Assembly (NCBI GenBank): GCA_965228855.1 | Contig: CBDDIJ010000005.1 | Location: 928,001 to 992,000 of the forward strand | Length of the DNA: 64,000 bases | Reading direction: 5' to 3' | From: Candidatus Obscuribacterales bacterium | GTDB taxonomy: Bacteria > Cyanobacteriota > Vampirovibrionia > Obscuribacterales > Obscuribacteraceae | Part shown: piece by piece, positions 1 through 10,363 of the stretch | Numbering within the stretch: the first letter of the stretch is position 1 | Layout: each line of letters opens with the position of its first letter | Notes under the pieces: generated by a model | Database searches by the model: none | The model's input: the letters and a program-made list of their open reading frames with translations, nothing else | What the model was told of the DNA's origin: nothing | Made by a program: the position numbers and the translations under genes

Positions 1-114
1 AATCAGCCCCAGGAAGATCTGCTCGGTACCAACATAGTTGTGTCCTAATCTGCGCGCCTCTTCTTGAGCGAGCATAATTGCTTTGATTGCATCGATGGTG
101 AATCGCTCGAACAT
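1..114 (-). CDS. Clp N-terminal domain protein (ClpC-like), 5' part only; continues beyond the left edge
   Basis: Manual translation from ATG at 114: [38 protein letters not shown], the ClpC Clp_N repeat. Not in the ORF track. Cannot tell full ClpC from a Clp_N fusion. Confidence 0.85.
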   Translation of the reverse strand, partial: MFERFTIDAIKAIMLAQEEARRLGHNYVGTEQIFLGLI

Positions 115-188
115 TATGGGCGTTCCAAAGTAGTTAGAGACTATTCTATCGGCAGGGAATAAATTATGTCGGGTAACGCGAGGATTTC

Positions 189-1115
189 ATGTCAAACGAA
201 GCAGCTGCAGAACCAACCTTCCTGTTGTTGGGAAAGTCCGCGAAGAGTGCGTGGTGGCGATACATTCTCGGGATATTGATCATCGTAGGTGGCTACTTTG
301 TTTTCGGTTCTATCGCATACTGTGTAGTTCTGGTTTTACTGTGCGGAAAAATTCCAAATCTCGACAAAGTAACCGGACGAGTCACAGACGTGGACCCGAT
401 ATTTCAATACATCGCACTCAACTCAACTTTTTTGACTCTGCTTCTATTCACATTTCTGGTGGTCCGCTTTCTGCACGGACGTGGCTTTAAAACACTCATC
501 ACGCCATCAGACAAAATCAACTTCGGTCGAATCGGAATCGGATTTTTGCTCTGGTGTTGTTTAGCTGCTTCAGTCGAGGGAATAGGAGCAATCATTTTTC
601 CAGGCGACTATCATTATGTGCTGGAGTCGCCGGCGTTTTTTAACTATGCACCAATAGTGCTGCTGTTTACACCAATGCAATGTTTCGTCGAAGAGATAGC
701 ATTTCGTGGATATCTTCTGCAGATGCTGAGTAAGATAACGACTTCACGATGGTGGCTATGTGGTATCAACGGTTTTCTTTTCATGCTGCCGCACATCTCG
801 AATCCGGAAGTTGCTGTCAGCGAAAATCTCATGTCATTGATTCCGACCTTGCTCCTCTATTTCGGAATTGGATTTCTGCTGACTCTTGCGACAATTCGAA
901 GCAACAGTCTTGAACTCGCAATTGGTGCTCATATTGGAAATAATCTTTTCGACGGGTTGATCGTAAATTACAGCGATTCCGCGTTGCAGACAAAGTCTGT
1001 GTTTCTTTGCACGAAACTGCATCCGTGGTATGAGCTGATAATGCTGGTTATTTTTGGAGCAGTTTTCTACTTCGCTATTGATCGTTATTTGAAGTCGTCT
1101 CAGAAAACGAGTTGA
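189..1115 (+). CDS. CPBP (Abi/CAAX) family intramembrane metalloprotease
   Basis: Multiple TM segments; EEIAFRG, FMLPH and HIGNN motifs. Confidence 0.9.
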   Translation: MSNEAAAEPTFLLLGKSAKSAWWRYILGILIIVGGYFVFGSIAYCVVLVLLCGKIPNLDKVTGRVTDVDPIFQYIALNSTFLTLLLFTFLVVRFLHGRGFKTLITPSDKINFGRIGIGFLLWCCLAASVEGIGAIIFPGDYHYVLESPAFFNYAPIVLLFTPMQCFVEEIAFRGYLLQMLSKITTSRWWLCGINGFLFMLPHISNPEVAVSENLMSLIPTLLLYFGIGFLLTLATIRSNSLELAIGAHIGNNLFDGLIVNYSDSALQTKSVFLCTKLHPWYELIMLVIFGAVFYFAIDRYLKSSQKTS

Positions 1116-1286
1116 GTTGGGGAAAGAAGTACGGACGCGCCACCACATAGAGTGCCTCTGCTCTATCCGCATTCCTCGTAAACGCACCGCGACTGGCGGC
1201 GCAATCGATCTTCAGTCCCAGAACGACACAGAATATAAGCGCCGAGTTAAGTAGTCCTGGGATGGTTACGGAGGCGACATCGGGGT

Positions 1287-1985
1287 ATGATGGGACACAT
1301 GCTCAGTAACGTTCCCAATGTCGGACACTCTCAGTCGAACCTAAACAGTCGATGGTTCGTTTGTCTTGCGTGCACAATCATCATTTTGTGCGCAGGTCCC
1401 GGAATCGGCTATGACTTTTCAAAAACAAGGTTTGGTTTCCTAACAACAGGATCTATCTCCGCAGATGGGACGAGGTGCCAGATAAACCACGATACCGATG
1501 TATCCCTCAGTCCCGACCAGGTACGCGTTACGACGCACCGCTTACCTGGAGCGGGGTATGTGATACCTCCTGTTCTTTTTGATGTCGAGGTCGAGATAGA
1601 AAACAAGGAAGGAAACGTTCGTCTAGTTGAGTTATTTGTTTCAGAACCTTTCTGGAATTCGAATAAATCAAACACGTTTTTCTACGATTTTCAAAAGCCT
1701 GCTGAGGAAAGTGCTTACTCGTTCAAGAGAATTGTGGGAGTTAGGCAGGCTAGACTAAATCCTGACTCCAACTCATTGCCTAGTTTTCTAGAAGATTTAG
1801 TCTATCATCTACCCGGGAATGCACCTGTCAGTTATATTGGAAATCGTTTTGGCGGATTCAAGCTTGGCGAGAGTGGCGATACGACTGAATGTTGGTTCTA
1901 CAAGCGAAGAAGGATTGGCAAGCAGGACGCAGCCGGTCAGTGCCTTTACGATTGGAAGGAGTGTTTTGCGTTCAGAAACAATTGA
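1287..1985 (+). CDS. hypothetical protein with N-terminal hydrophobic segment
   Basis: 232-aa ORF, one TM/signal-like segment, no recognised domain. Confidence 0.55.
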   Translation: MMGHMLSNVPNVGHSQSNLNSRWFVCLACTIIILCAGPGIGYDFSKTRFGFLTTGSISADGTRCQINHDTDVSLSPDQVRVTTHRLPGAGYVIPPVLFDVEVEIENKEGNVRLVELFVSEPFWNSNKSNTFFYDFQKPAEESAYSFKRIVGVRQARLNPDSNSLPSFLEDLVYHLPGNAPVSYIGNRFGGFKLGESGDTTECWFYKRRRIGKQDAAGQCLYDWKECFAFRNN

Positions 1986-2097
1986 TCTAACGACAATTAG
2001 AACTGCGCCTAGCTTCGCCACGACCAGCAGTGTCTACTACAAGTCATTTCAGTCGACTCCAGCAGCCATATCGCTTCGCAAGTGTTAAAGTAGACGT

Positions 2098-2658
2098 ATG
2101 TTCAGGGTCGGAATACTGATGGTTGCTATCAGCGCCCTCTTGGGAGCGGTTTTCTTTTGCTTTAGTGAATCTCGAAAGGACGCAGCAGTTTCCGAGCTGA
2201 GCACGACGACGCCGATTATATTGCCGCTCACACGAGCTCGTGGGTATGAAAAGCTGGTCTACGCTGCCACCGATATTAGAAGGGGCGTTGAGATTCGCGA
2301 AGAAATGTTGGTCGAGAAACCACCTCCAGTCGACGGTTTCTCCATTGCGGCAATCGGCGCTAAGCGCTTCGTCGTAGGTAATAGACCTATTAAAGATATT
2401 ACAGCGGGCGAAGTCGTGACCACGCACAAATTCGATAAGTGTATCAGAGGCGACGCGATTCCAGTTGTTTTCGCGGAGAGGGACATTCCTGCAGGAAACA
2501 TCATTCAACGGTCTGACCTCAACCCTAAACCGTGGAATTGCATATTTTACGAGGATGTGGCGAAGGGACCAACGACTGTCGAATCAGTCGTTGGAAAAAA
2601 AGCACGACTGAACATTCTCAGCGGTCGCCGAATTGCTGATGATGACCTTGCTCAATGA
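2098..2658 (+). CDS. membrane-anchored tandem SAF-domain protein (CpaB/FlgA-like)
   Basis: N-terminal TM; two SAF-like repeats (LVYAATDIRRG..., VVFAERDIPAGNIIQRSDL...VVGKKARLNILSG). Confidence 0.75.
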   Translation: MFRVGILMVAISALLGAVFFCFSESRKDAAVSELSTTTPIILPLTRARGYEKLVYAATDIRRGVEIREEMLVEKPPPVDGFSIAAIGAKRFVVGNRPIKDITAGEVVTTHKFDKCIRGDAIPVVFAERDIPAGNIIQRSDLNPKPWNCIFYEDVAKGPTTVESVVGKKARLNILSGRRIADDDLAQ

Positions 2659-2693
2659 GTTTAGGTAGAGATGCTTTGAGTGCTGCGACTAGC

Positions 2694-2983
2694 AGCGCTT
2701 GGCGTAATCGCGCGGAAAATATCTTCAGGACGCTTTGCAGTCGTCTCGTTCTGGACAGGTAAGTGGCAGCGGTAACTAGACCGTCGTTGGATAAGTGAAC
2801 TCTGGGCGTTCGACGGAAACCGAATCGCCGTGCGATTCTCGTACGAGTGGCAAGGAGATTGGGGAAACTGCTTTCGTGCTTATGGTAAGGAGAATTGGAG
2901 TTCGACAGTGCGGCTACATGACTCTTCGTCACGCGTCGATTAACGACCTTCCAATTCTTGAAATGGAACTCAGATTCCGCTAG
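2694..2983 (+). pseudogene. DUF1348/NTF2-like (SnoaL) pseudogene, 5'-truncated with frameshifts and an internal stop
   Basis: Across frames reads SAWRNRAE / [59 protein letters not shown] / ...HASINDLPI, collinear with the intact gene at 21587-22054; TAA at 2773-2775. Confidence 0.9.
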
Positions 2984-3069
2984 TCGACTGCGACGCGTCC
3001 GGCAGTCCATCTAGGTCTCAGTAAACTAGGTCTTAAGTAATTATCTCGAATCGAGCTTCTCGATTTCCT

Positions 3070-3405
3070 TTAAAAGGCACCACTACTTAGACCACCGTAA
3101 CTGTTTCGAATGAAGCTGGCAGCCAGGTAGACCGCGAGCGGAAACCCAATAAGGCGAACACCACTCAACACAGTTAGCGAACTCCGGTGGCATATTCCGA
3201 AATCTAGTGATGCAAATGCTGCCAATCCTGTCGCAACAAACACAAACCAAGGCAAGACGCTTTCCTGTGAACCATTTATGTTGGTTGTTGCGATTTGATA
3301 TTCAAGGAACAGCACACTACAAACAGCTAGCATCGAATACCAACTATGAACTTCTGCGTTTGGAAAACTCGAGGTTTGAGCGTACATAGAAAGCACCTGC
3401 TGCAA
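3070..3405 (-). CDS. small hypothetical membrane protein
   Basis: 111 aa, about 3 hydrophobic helices. Confidence 0.5.
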   Translation of the reverse strand: MQQVLSMYAQTSSFPNAEVHSWYSMLAVCSVLFLEYQIATTNINGSQESVLPWFVFVATGLAAFASLDFGICHRSSLTVLSGVRLIGFPLAVYLAASFIRNSYGGLSSGAF

Positions 3406-3561
3406 GTACTAATCCAATTGTTGCCAGAGCGGTTGAATTAGGCAATGGTAAAAATGCGTAGCGAAGCACGCCATCTCGCAAAACGCGCAAACCATTCACG
3501 AATCTTCGGCAAGTTCCGTGTGTTTAGCTCTAACATCAACAGTCAAATCCACGCACCGAAC

Positions 3562-4614
3562 CTATCCCATCCCACAGCGACCGTCGCTTCGGTAGCCGGG
3601 TTTCATCCACCAAGCTGGATGTCCGCACGCACCAGATTGCGGATAGAGAATGGAATCGTTTTCGATACCGACAAGGCTGAATAATATCAACTTTTGCTCC
3701 TCAGCCTGCGGCATCATTCCAACCTGCCTATACCACAAGACCATATCCCGATGCGCTTTTCGCCTGTTGTGATCGGAAGAAGGCAGCCGGTCCACTAACT
3801 TCAAACCGCGGACTAAAAGCGCCTCGCTATCGTGAATTGCCTCTGCAGAGGGACTCGCGAGCGGTGCCAGAGGCTGCTCTCCAAAACTTCCGGCGACAAA
3901 AGTCGGAATTTGCACGGGGAGGATTGCTTTTGCAAGTAAACCGAAGATTGCGTTGGCTGCACCTACTAGCTCAGGTTTTGGCTCATCAGAGCTTTCTGCG
4001 TCTCGAATCATATCGTTGAATGCATCCTCACACCTCTTGGAACCGGCTAAATCACCTTTCTTTTGCAAAATCTTTGATGCGGCGAAGTATAGATTCAATT
4101 TCCTCGGTTCATTTGATGACTGTTTAAGTTCCTTGAGGGCAGCCTGAATAGCATCGTCCGCCAGAGCCATGTTGCTGGCTGCAGCCTCATCATTAGCAAG
4201 CGAGTTGCTTTCAGCCTTGTCGCTAGTTTTCTTTGCAAGTGATTGCGTAAGTAAGTATTTTGCGTAGCTGTAACTCACGTCCTCGTAAAATCCTTCCGCA
4301 CCTACGAAGCCGAAGTACTGCAAAGGGTTTCGAGTCCCAGCTTTCATTTCCAACGAAACGGACTTTGCTCGGCCATCGCCCTCGATATAAGAGTCTGCCA
4401 ATCGAAGCAGGTAGTAGGCGCGTAATTCGTTCGACAAGTCTGTGTTAGATACTAAATACTGAAGAGTGCTACCATCCGGCGCCGGTTGCTTTGCTGTTAC
4501 ATCCGGCGTCGAAAATAGACTGCCGCTAGCAAACATTATCGCAATCGCGACTTGCCGCTTACGCTTAATTGACGACTCTTTTGATGACATCACGCTGTGC
4601 CTCACCATCAACAT
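3562..4614 (-). CDS. secreted helical hypothetical protein with C-terminal CGH...CGMG motif
   Basis: Signal-like N-terminus, TPR-like helical body, terminal Cys motif. Confidence 0.7.
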   Translation of the reverse strand: MLMVRHSVMSSKESSIKRKRQVAIAIMFASGSLFSTPDVTAKQPAPDGSTLQYLVSNTDLSNELRAYYLLRLADSYIEGDGRAKSVSLEMKAGTRNPLQYFGFVGAEGFYEDVSYSYAKYLLTQSLAKKTSDKAESNSLANDEAAASNMALADDAIQAALKELKQSSNEPRKLNLYFAASKILQKKGDLAGSKRCEDAFNDMIRDAESSDEPKPELVGAANAIFGLLAKAILPVQIPTFVAGSFGEQPLAPLASPSAEAIHDSEALLVRGLKLVDRLPSSDHNRRKAHRDMVLWYRQVGMMPQAEEQKLILFSLVGIENDSILYPQSGACGHPAWWMKPGYRSDGRCGMG

Positions 4615-4807
4615 TCGCTCGTTCGGAAGGAAGTCTTTTCCATAGTGAGCTCAACCAGATCGCACTTCCAAATCATCATACGGCAAATAGTTTCAAATCG
4701 CTTAGCACAGCCGCGAAACGCAGAGCGCACTAATGTGTGGTCTCTTGGTTCATCGCTACGATGCCCGAGTCATCCGAGGAAATGAATCTGGTTGCTTTTT
4801 CTATTCA

Positions 4808-5524
4808 TCAAACACCAAAAATCTTCTGTATAAAACTGAGTTTTCTTCGCTGTCTAGCAAAAATTCGCTCGCTGTCGTGTCGCTTAGTAATTGAATCTGA
4901 TCCATACTTACCATCGGCGAAACCTTGTCCAACTTCTGCATGTCGCATATCCCCAAATTCATAGTCTAGACCAAGACTGTGAGCGAATTGGCTCAATGTC
5001 GAATCACGTTGAATACAATCTTGATAGGTCAGGGCACCTGGGTCGTTTTTCCAGATATTAGCAGTATATTCGTCTATTGCCGTTATTCGATTATCTGGCT
5101 CTCTTCTACCGTACGCGATTACTTCAGCAATAAATGCAGTAATTGATCTAGCCTGCAAAACTATAACCGGAGGATCGTGGCAGCCGAAAAATACGGGAAT
5201 TTCATCGGTTGGTTCTCCTGCAACCAGGTCCAGGAGCCAAACATTACCGACACCGTCCCGAGCGATCGGTAAACCGTGTGGAAACAGGTCCTCTCTAATC
5301 GTGTACCCTGGGTAAAAGTCGACAAAACCGATCGCAGATTCGAAGCCACCACAAAAGGCTAACAAGCTTTCATACTCAAGAGGAAGAGGCGAAGTCAGTT
5401 CGTCACTTAATTTACGAATCTCTTCGGACGATATCGGGGCTTCAAGCTCGATAATCCCCCTCTCACCAAACGCTGAAGTGAACGGGGTTCCTTTTGCATC
5501 TTGAAGAATGGCTTGGGCGTCCAA
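4808..5524 (-). CDS. SMI1/KNR4 (SUKH) family protein
   Basis: ISSEEIRKL...LPLEYESLLAFCGG and LPIARDGVGNVWLLDL...VFFGCHD match the SUKH pattern. Confidence 0.8.
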   Translation of the reverse strand: MDAQAILQDAKGTPFTSAFGERGIIELEAPISSEEIRKLSDELTSPLPLEYESLLAFCGGFESAIGFVDFYPGYTIREDLFPHGLPIARDGVGNVWLLDLVAGEPTDEIPVFFGCHDPPVIVLQARSITAFIAEVIAYGRREPDNRITAIDEYTANIWKNDPGALTYQDCIQRDSTLSQFAHSLGLDYEFGDMRHAEVGQGFADGKYGSDSITKRHDSERIFARQRRKLSFIQKIFGV

Positions 5525-5619
5525 TGTTTAGTATCCCCAAAAGTCATGAATTGTTCTAAGAGTTTTGCACACGCCCAGCATGAGGGCAAGTCGAATTTCC
5601 TCAAGTAGCACATATGATT

Positions 5620-6234
5620 TCAAAGTATACGATGATATCGTAGGTGGTATCGTCTGGGATGATCAATTTTGGAAAGACACTGACGGTCAACTGCACATGG
5701 CTCATCCGCTATTAGTGTTTCAATCTCATCCGGTTCTTCAAACAGACTTATGCGAACATGAGAGAGACTCTCTTCTCCAGCGTCAAAAAAGAACTCGATA
5801 CTGTAGCGTCCCCAAAGGTAACCGTCAACTATAAACTCTGGCGACTGCACATTAGGTTGACTTAGATACCGTCGCCAGTCATCTTTAGAGTTCGTCTCTG
5901 GCTGAGGGACTCCAGGAAATCGTAAGCACCTAGAACGTGGAGCTCCGAGTCTGTCACGAACTTCACTTCTGCTGTCGGTCAAAAATATGGAATCCATAAT
6001 TGTTGATTTGAACGACGCAAAATTTGGCTCGCCACTTCCGTAAAACCAAAGTTCAGAAACCACCTCATCCATAAGAATGATGCGAATACCTTCCGCCCTG
6101 TATGAATACTGGGTTAATTCCGGTCCTAGCTGTTCAACAACAGAACTGGAGCAAGAAGTCTGTAGTTGGTGCCATTCATTGCTACTAGTCCCTTCTCCCA
6201 AGAGTGAGAGCAATCGAGAAAAATCTTGAATCAT
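5620..6234 (-). CDS. hypothetical protein (possibly immunity-type)
   Basis: 204-aa ORF with SRSEVRDRLGAP-type motif, co-oriented with the SMI1/KNR4 gene. Confidence 0.55.
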   Translation of the reverse strand: MIQDFSRLLSLLGEGTSSNEWHQLQTSCSSSVVEQLGPELTQYSYRAEGIRIILMDEVVSELWFYGSGEPNFASFKSTIMDSIFLTDSRSEVRDRLGAPRSRCLRFPGVPQPETNSKDDWRRYLSQPNVQSPEFIVDGYLWGRYSIEFFFDAGEESLSHVRISLFEEPDEIETLIADEPCAVDRQCLSKIDHPRRYHLRYHRIL

Positions 6235-6267
6235 ACGTTTTTGCTTTGGGTAAACCGACTTGCGCCG

Positions 6268-7380
6268 CTATCCACTCCCTGCAATCTTTTTAATGGCATC
6301 CTCTGCAGCTCTCCGGCTCCAAATATTTTCCTTGCCTGGCATAGCCGCCATTCTTCTTAGCGTAGGTAACGCAACTGCGGATGCCGAGCCGAATGAGCCC
6401 AGCGCCTCAGCGGCTTTGTCGCGAACACGATCATCATGATGGTGCAAAAGTGGCACCATCAGCGGTATCGTAGAGCGTGCGGGTGCTCCCATTTTTGAAA
6501 GTGCCCATGCGCAACTTCCAGAACTCAAATCTTTGCGTTTTAGGCCTTCCGTCAACGCTGGAATAGCCCCACTTGCTTTGGGACCGATGCAGCCGATTGC
6601 ATACGCAGCGGCGCTTGACGCGTGATCTTTGGCTTTCAGCAATACAATTAGCTGAGGCAATGCCGGCAAACCTTTTTCGCCCAAATGAGAAATTCCGTAA
6701 ATGGCGTTGTTGCGAAGTGCAGGATCATTCAGTGCCGCAATCAGCGTTGGCAGTGTGGTTGACTGTTGACTCGGATCGAGATAGCCCAATGCGCGCGTTG
6801 ACTCTTTGCAGACATCCTCATTTGTATCGCGCATTCCTTTCTGAATATCGGCAAGAGCCGGCGCGGCTTTTTTGCCAATATCACCTAGCGCTTTAGCCGC
6901 TCTTTCCCGCACCCGAGCACTCGCATTGTGAGTCAAGATAAAACCTAACAGTTGAGCGGTCCGCTGAGACGCTGCTTTGGATTCTTTCTCAGCCATTTTG
7001 CCGAGAGCTCCGACTGCATCTTCGCGAACCCGCATGTTTGTATCGGCCGACGCAACTCTTGCAAGAAGTTCTTTCACTTGAGGATCGTTGTTCTCAACCT
7101 CACCTAAAGCGCTTGCACACGCAGCGCGCACATGTTCGTCTCGATCTTTCTCAGCGTAAAACTTGAGAGTCGGCACGGTCTGATCGGGCAAGACCTCTCG
7201 TCGGCTTCCTCCATGTTGTCGAAGCTCGCGTGCTGCTTGCGCGCGAGCCTTCACATCAGTCGACGTCCGCAATGTGTTCAGCAGGACGTCTGGTCTCTGT
7301 AGATCTGCACTGGCTGCTCCGATTGCGCAGAAGCTTACTGCAACCGCCAGCAACGAAGTTGCATGACACCGTTGTCGCAT
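6268..7380 (-). CDS. secreted HEAT/PBS-lyase repeat protein
   Basis: Signal peptide; repeats VRAACASALG, VREDAVGALG, VRERAAKALG, VRDKAAEALG. Confidence 0.9.
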   Translation of the reverse strand: MRQRCHATSLLAVAVSFCAIGAASADLQRPDVLLNTLRTSTDVKARAQAARELRQHGGSRREVLPDQTVPTLKFYAEKDRDEHVRAACASALGEVENNDPQVKELLARVASADTNMRVREDAVGALGKMAEKESKAASQRTAQLLGFILTHNASARVRERAAKALGDIGKKAAPALADIQKGMRDTNEDVCKESTRALGYLDPSQQSTTLPTLIAALNDPALRNNAIYGISHLGEKGLPALPQLIVLLKAKDHASSAAAYAIGCIGPKASGAIPALTEGLKRKDLSSGSCAWALSKMGAPARSTIPLMVPLLHHHDDRVRDKAAEALGSFGSASAVALPTLRRMAAMPGKENIWSRRAAEDAIKKIAGSG

Positions 7381-7595
7381 ACCAGAACCCCCGGATAGCT
7401 ATATGACTGTTTGGGATACCTGCTTAGCTAGTGCTTTGTTCACGATTTGTGGGAGTTTGAAACCCTTTCAAACACTTGCGCCTGCGGGCCTGAACCGAAC
7501 CTTGCGAGATTTTTAACTTTCGCTATAGAGCGCAAACTATGTTTAGCCGTAGCTCTCGAACCGCAGCTCAGGTGACCAAGATCTGTTTTCGCCTG

Positions 7596-10163
7596 TTACT
7601 CCGCGCTTCGCTCTTTTCGATCAGTCTGTTTAACATCAAGATGCAGCCTTCGAAGCGTCTCGTCATTTGGCAAAAGCCGCTGCATCATCGACTTAATTTC
7701 ATCAGTGAAATCGTCAACATCATAGAGGTATTGAAGGTCATCTATTCTGTCAGCAGGCGTAATGCTTGCTAAGCATTTCCGTGAATTCTTCGTATCTCCA
7801 AGTCGCTCATACACCACGGCTCTTAGGAGCTTTCGGACAAATTTGTCATACTCTCCGTCCAGCTGCCCGACTTGGAGTAGATCCTTCTTCGCTTCGGCAT
7901 TCCGTCCGAGCTTCTCTAACAGAGTGGATCGAAGAAGAAGACTGTATGGTGTTCGACCATTTTGAAGAGCGATCCTTCTATCCACGCAATCCAACGCTGA
8001 TTGAACTTTATTTAGACTCAGTAAAATTTTGATCTCCAGATAATACGCTGTTGACTCAAGTGGATTGAGGACATGAACCCTTCGAAGATCGCTCAAAGCG
8101 GCGAAAGGACGCCCCACTTTCACAAAACAATCTGCTCTTCTCAGAAGCGTCCAAATCTCATCTGGATCAAGATCAGAATCCCGTGAGTAGCTTGCTATCG
8201 CCTCCTCAAACTTGTTCAATCGCTCGTATGCGTCGCCCTGCCGATAGAAGAGACACGATAGATCATCTTTATCTTTCGGGTCAGTCTTTCTTATCGAAAG
8301 AGTGGTGAGCTCAATTACCTTCTGATAATCCTTTATGTCGCGATAGCCATTTAAGCAAGCCCTGAGATACGGCTTATCTACGGGAGTTCTCGATACAAGA
8401 TTTTCGAGAAGAGTCTTTCGCAAAGCTGTTCCGAAGCCAATTGGAAGGTCCGAGGTCCTTCTCAGCACCGCAGGGATAAAAATATAATCTCCTACGATGG
8501 GGCACGATAGAAGCACGACGACCACGGCAAGTGAAGTCGCAAGGGATGACCAGACCATTAGACCTAGATTACTAAAGCGATCTTTCCGCTTTTTGTCGAA
8601 CAGTCCTTGGCCAGCGCTAACCAAAGCGACGACACTGCATACTGTGCTAAATAAGAATCCCAGGATAATTGTCGGTTCAACAAAAGTAGCCTGAATATTT
8701 GCTTTCTCAATATCAAACCTATGCTCAAGCGTAAAAGCTGGTGCTATCACCAGTGGTATCAAGCTAAGAAACCCAAGCGAGCAAAATAACAACGAGTTTA
8801 TAGTCCACGCACTTTCTCGTTCCATTTTTGCCCGCAGCGCAGCCTTTAAGAACAGTGCAAATCCTGCGCAGAATGCGCTGAATATAGTAAGCACTTGGGC
8901 TAGGGCTATCATCAAGGTGTCCGACTTTGAATCGACGGAAAACAAGGCTATGCTTGTCGCAAGCGGCATAATGAGAGCCATGGCGACCAACGCAAAGCGC
9001 CCCGATTTCTTAAGACTGGAAGTCTTAACTTGGACTATGTAGTTGGTCTGCGGATGCTTCTCGGTCTTTACCGACGTCAGTGCCTTCAATATCTCGGTCA
9101 CTGCCTGCGGACGATCAATTTGTTGTTTTTCTAAACAGCTCAAAGCGATTGCTTCAAGCGCTTTCATCGTGGAGGAACTATCAAGTCTTGTAAATCCGGT
9201 AGGCTCACTATTCATGTGGTTAATCACCAACTGAATTGCGTTGGCGTCCACGAAAGGCGGTCTACCGCTTAGAGTCTCGTACATCAAGCAGCCCAAAGAA
9301 TAGATGTCGGAACGTTGATCAAGCAAAAAACCGAGACATTGTTCCGGACTCATATACTGGGGACTTCCAAAGACTTCGCCAGTTTTAGTTAGGTCGCACG
9401 TCTCGCGTTTATCCGAAGCAATCGTTTTAGCAATGCCAAAATCCACGACACGCACGACTTCATCCTCTCCGTTAAGCGCTCTCGATATGAGTATGTTGGA
9501 GGGTTTGATGTCGCGATGAATTATGTCGTGTTCGTGCGCATGAGAAAGCGCTTCGCAGATTTGAGTAAAAATATTTATAGCACGTCGCTCTAAAAGCGAG
9601 CCTTCACGCTCGATGATATCGGCGAGACTCTCGCCATCAACGTAGTCCATCAACAGATAAGGGCAGCCGGATTCGGTTGTGCCGTGCGAATAAACAGGTA
9701 CCAAATTCGGATGGTTAAGCTTAGCCGCGGCCGCCGCTTCCTGCTCGAAACGTTTCAGTGCCGCTGCATCTTCGCTCAGTGGTCGATGAAGGAGTTTTAG
9801 TGCGAAAATAGTTTTGGTTTCTTCGTCGACAACTTTGTAGACGGTTCCCATTCCACCCTTGCCCAGCAGTTTAAGAACTTTGAAACGATTCGCAATTTTC
9901 TCCCCAGGAAGTGGGGAAAGCGTGTCTCGGGGTTCTTGTGGAGGGCTTTGTACATCCGGTTGCTCGCTGTCCGCATCGACAGTTTGCGAAGAAGAAGAAG
10001 AAGAAGAAGAAGAACACTCATCTGCACAATCCGAAACAGAGCATCGACAGTCTCCAAGTTTAAAAATCCATCCAGATTCTTCATCACCAGTCTTTGAAAG
10101 ACGTGCCTGAGTCGAGCACTTCTTGCAGTTGGTTTTGGATCTTAAGCTGTGACGTTTGAACAC
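7596..10163 (-). CDS. Hanks-type Ser/Thr kinase with multi-TM region and C-terminal TPRs
   Basis: GKGGMG, ALK, HRDIKPSN, DFG, GSPQYMSPE; about 5 TM helices; TPR-like repeats; N-terminal Cys motif. Confidence 0.93.
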   Translation of the reverse strand: MFKRHSLRSKTNCKKCSTQARLSKTGDEESGWIFKLGDCRCSVSDCADECSSSSSSSSSQTVDADSEQPDVQSPPQEPRDTLSPLPGEKIANRFKVLKLLGKGGMGTVYKVVDEETKTIFALKLLHRPLSEDAAALKRFEQEAAAAAKLNHPNLVPVYSHGTTESGCPYLLMDYVDGESLADIIEREGSLLERRAINIFTQICEALSHAHEHDIIHRDIKPSNILISRALNGEDEVVRVVDFGIAKTIASDKRETCDLTKTGEVFGSPQYMSPEQCLGFLLDQRSDIYSLGCLMYETLSGRPPFVDANAIQLVINHMNSEPTGFTRLDSSSTMKALEAIALSCLEKQQIDRPQAVTEILKALTSVKTEKHPQTNYIVQVKTSSLKKSGRFALVAMALIMPLATSIALFSVDSKSDTLMIALAQVLTIFSAFCAGFALFLKAALRAKMERESAWTINSLLFCSLGFLSLIPLVIAPAFTLEHRFDIEKANIQATFVEPTIILGFLFSTVCSVVALVSAGQGLFDKKRKDRFSNLGLMVWSSLATSLAVVVVLLSCPIVGDYIFIPAVLRRTSDLPIGFGTALRKTLLENLVSRTPVDKPYLRACLNGYRDIKDYQKVIELTTLSIRKTDPKDKDDLSCLFYRQGDAYERLNKFEEAIASYSRDSDLDPDEIWTLLRRADCFVKVGRPFAALSDLRRVHVLNPLESTAYYLEIKILLSLNKVQSALDCVDRRIALQNGRTPYSLLLRSTLLEKLGRNAEAKKDLLQVGQLDGEYDKFVRKLLRAVVYERLGDTKNSRKCLASITPADRIDDLQYLYDVDDFTDEIKSMMQRLLPNDETLRRLHLDVKQTDRKERSAE
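9988..10014. repeat. (GAA)9 trinucleotide tract encoding poly-Ser in the kinase N-terminal linker
   Basis: Perfect 27-nt GAA run read directly. Confidence 0.9.
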
Positions 10164-10363
10164 GCTTCTGAACTGGTCGCATATGGATACTAATCTAGAC
10201 TATCATCCCAGTCCCAGTACAGCCTGGTTTCAGCCGTACAAACACCATAGTCAACACGATAATGACATCGAGCTGACAGCCATTTGACAGACTCTAGTAA
10301 AACGTCTTGACTGTCCGATACTATCATGATCGCGGACTCAACGAAGTTATAAAGCCCGCATCC

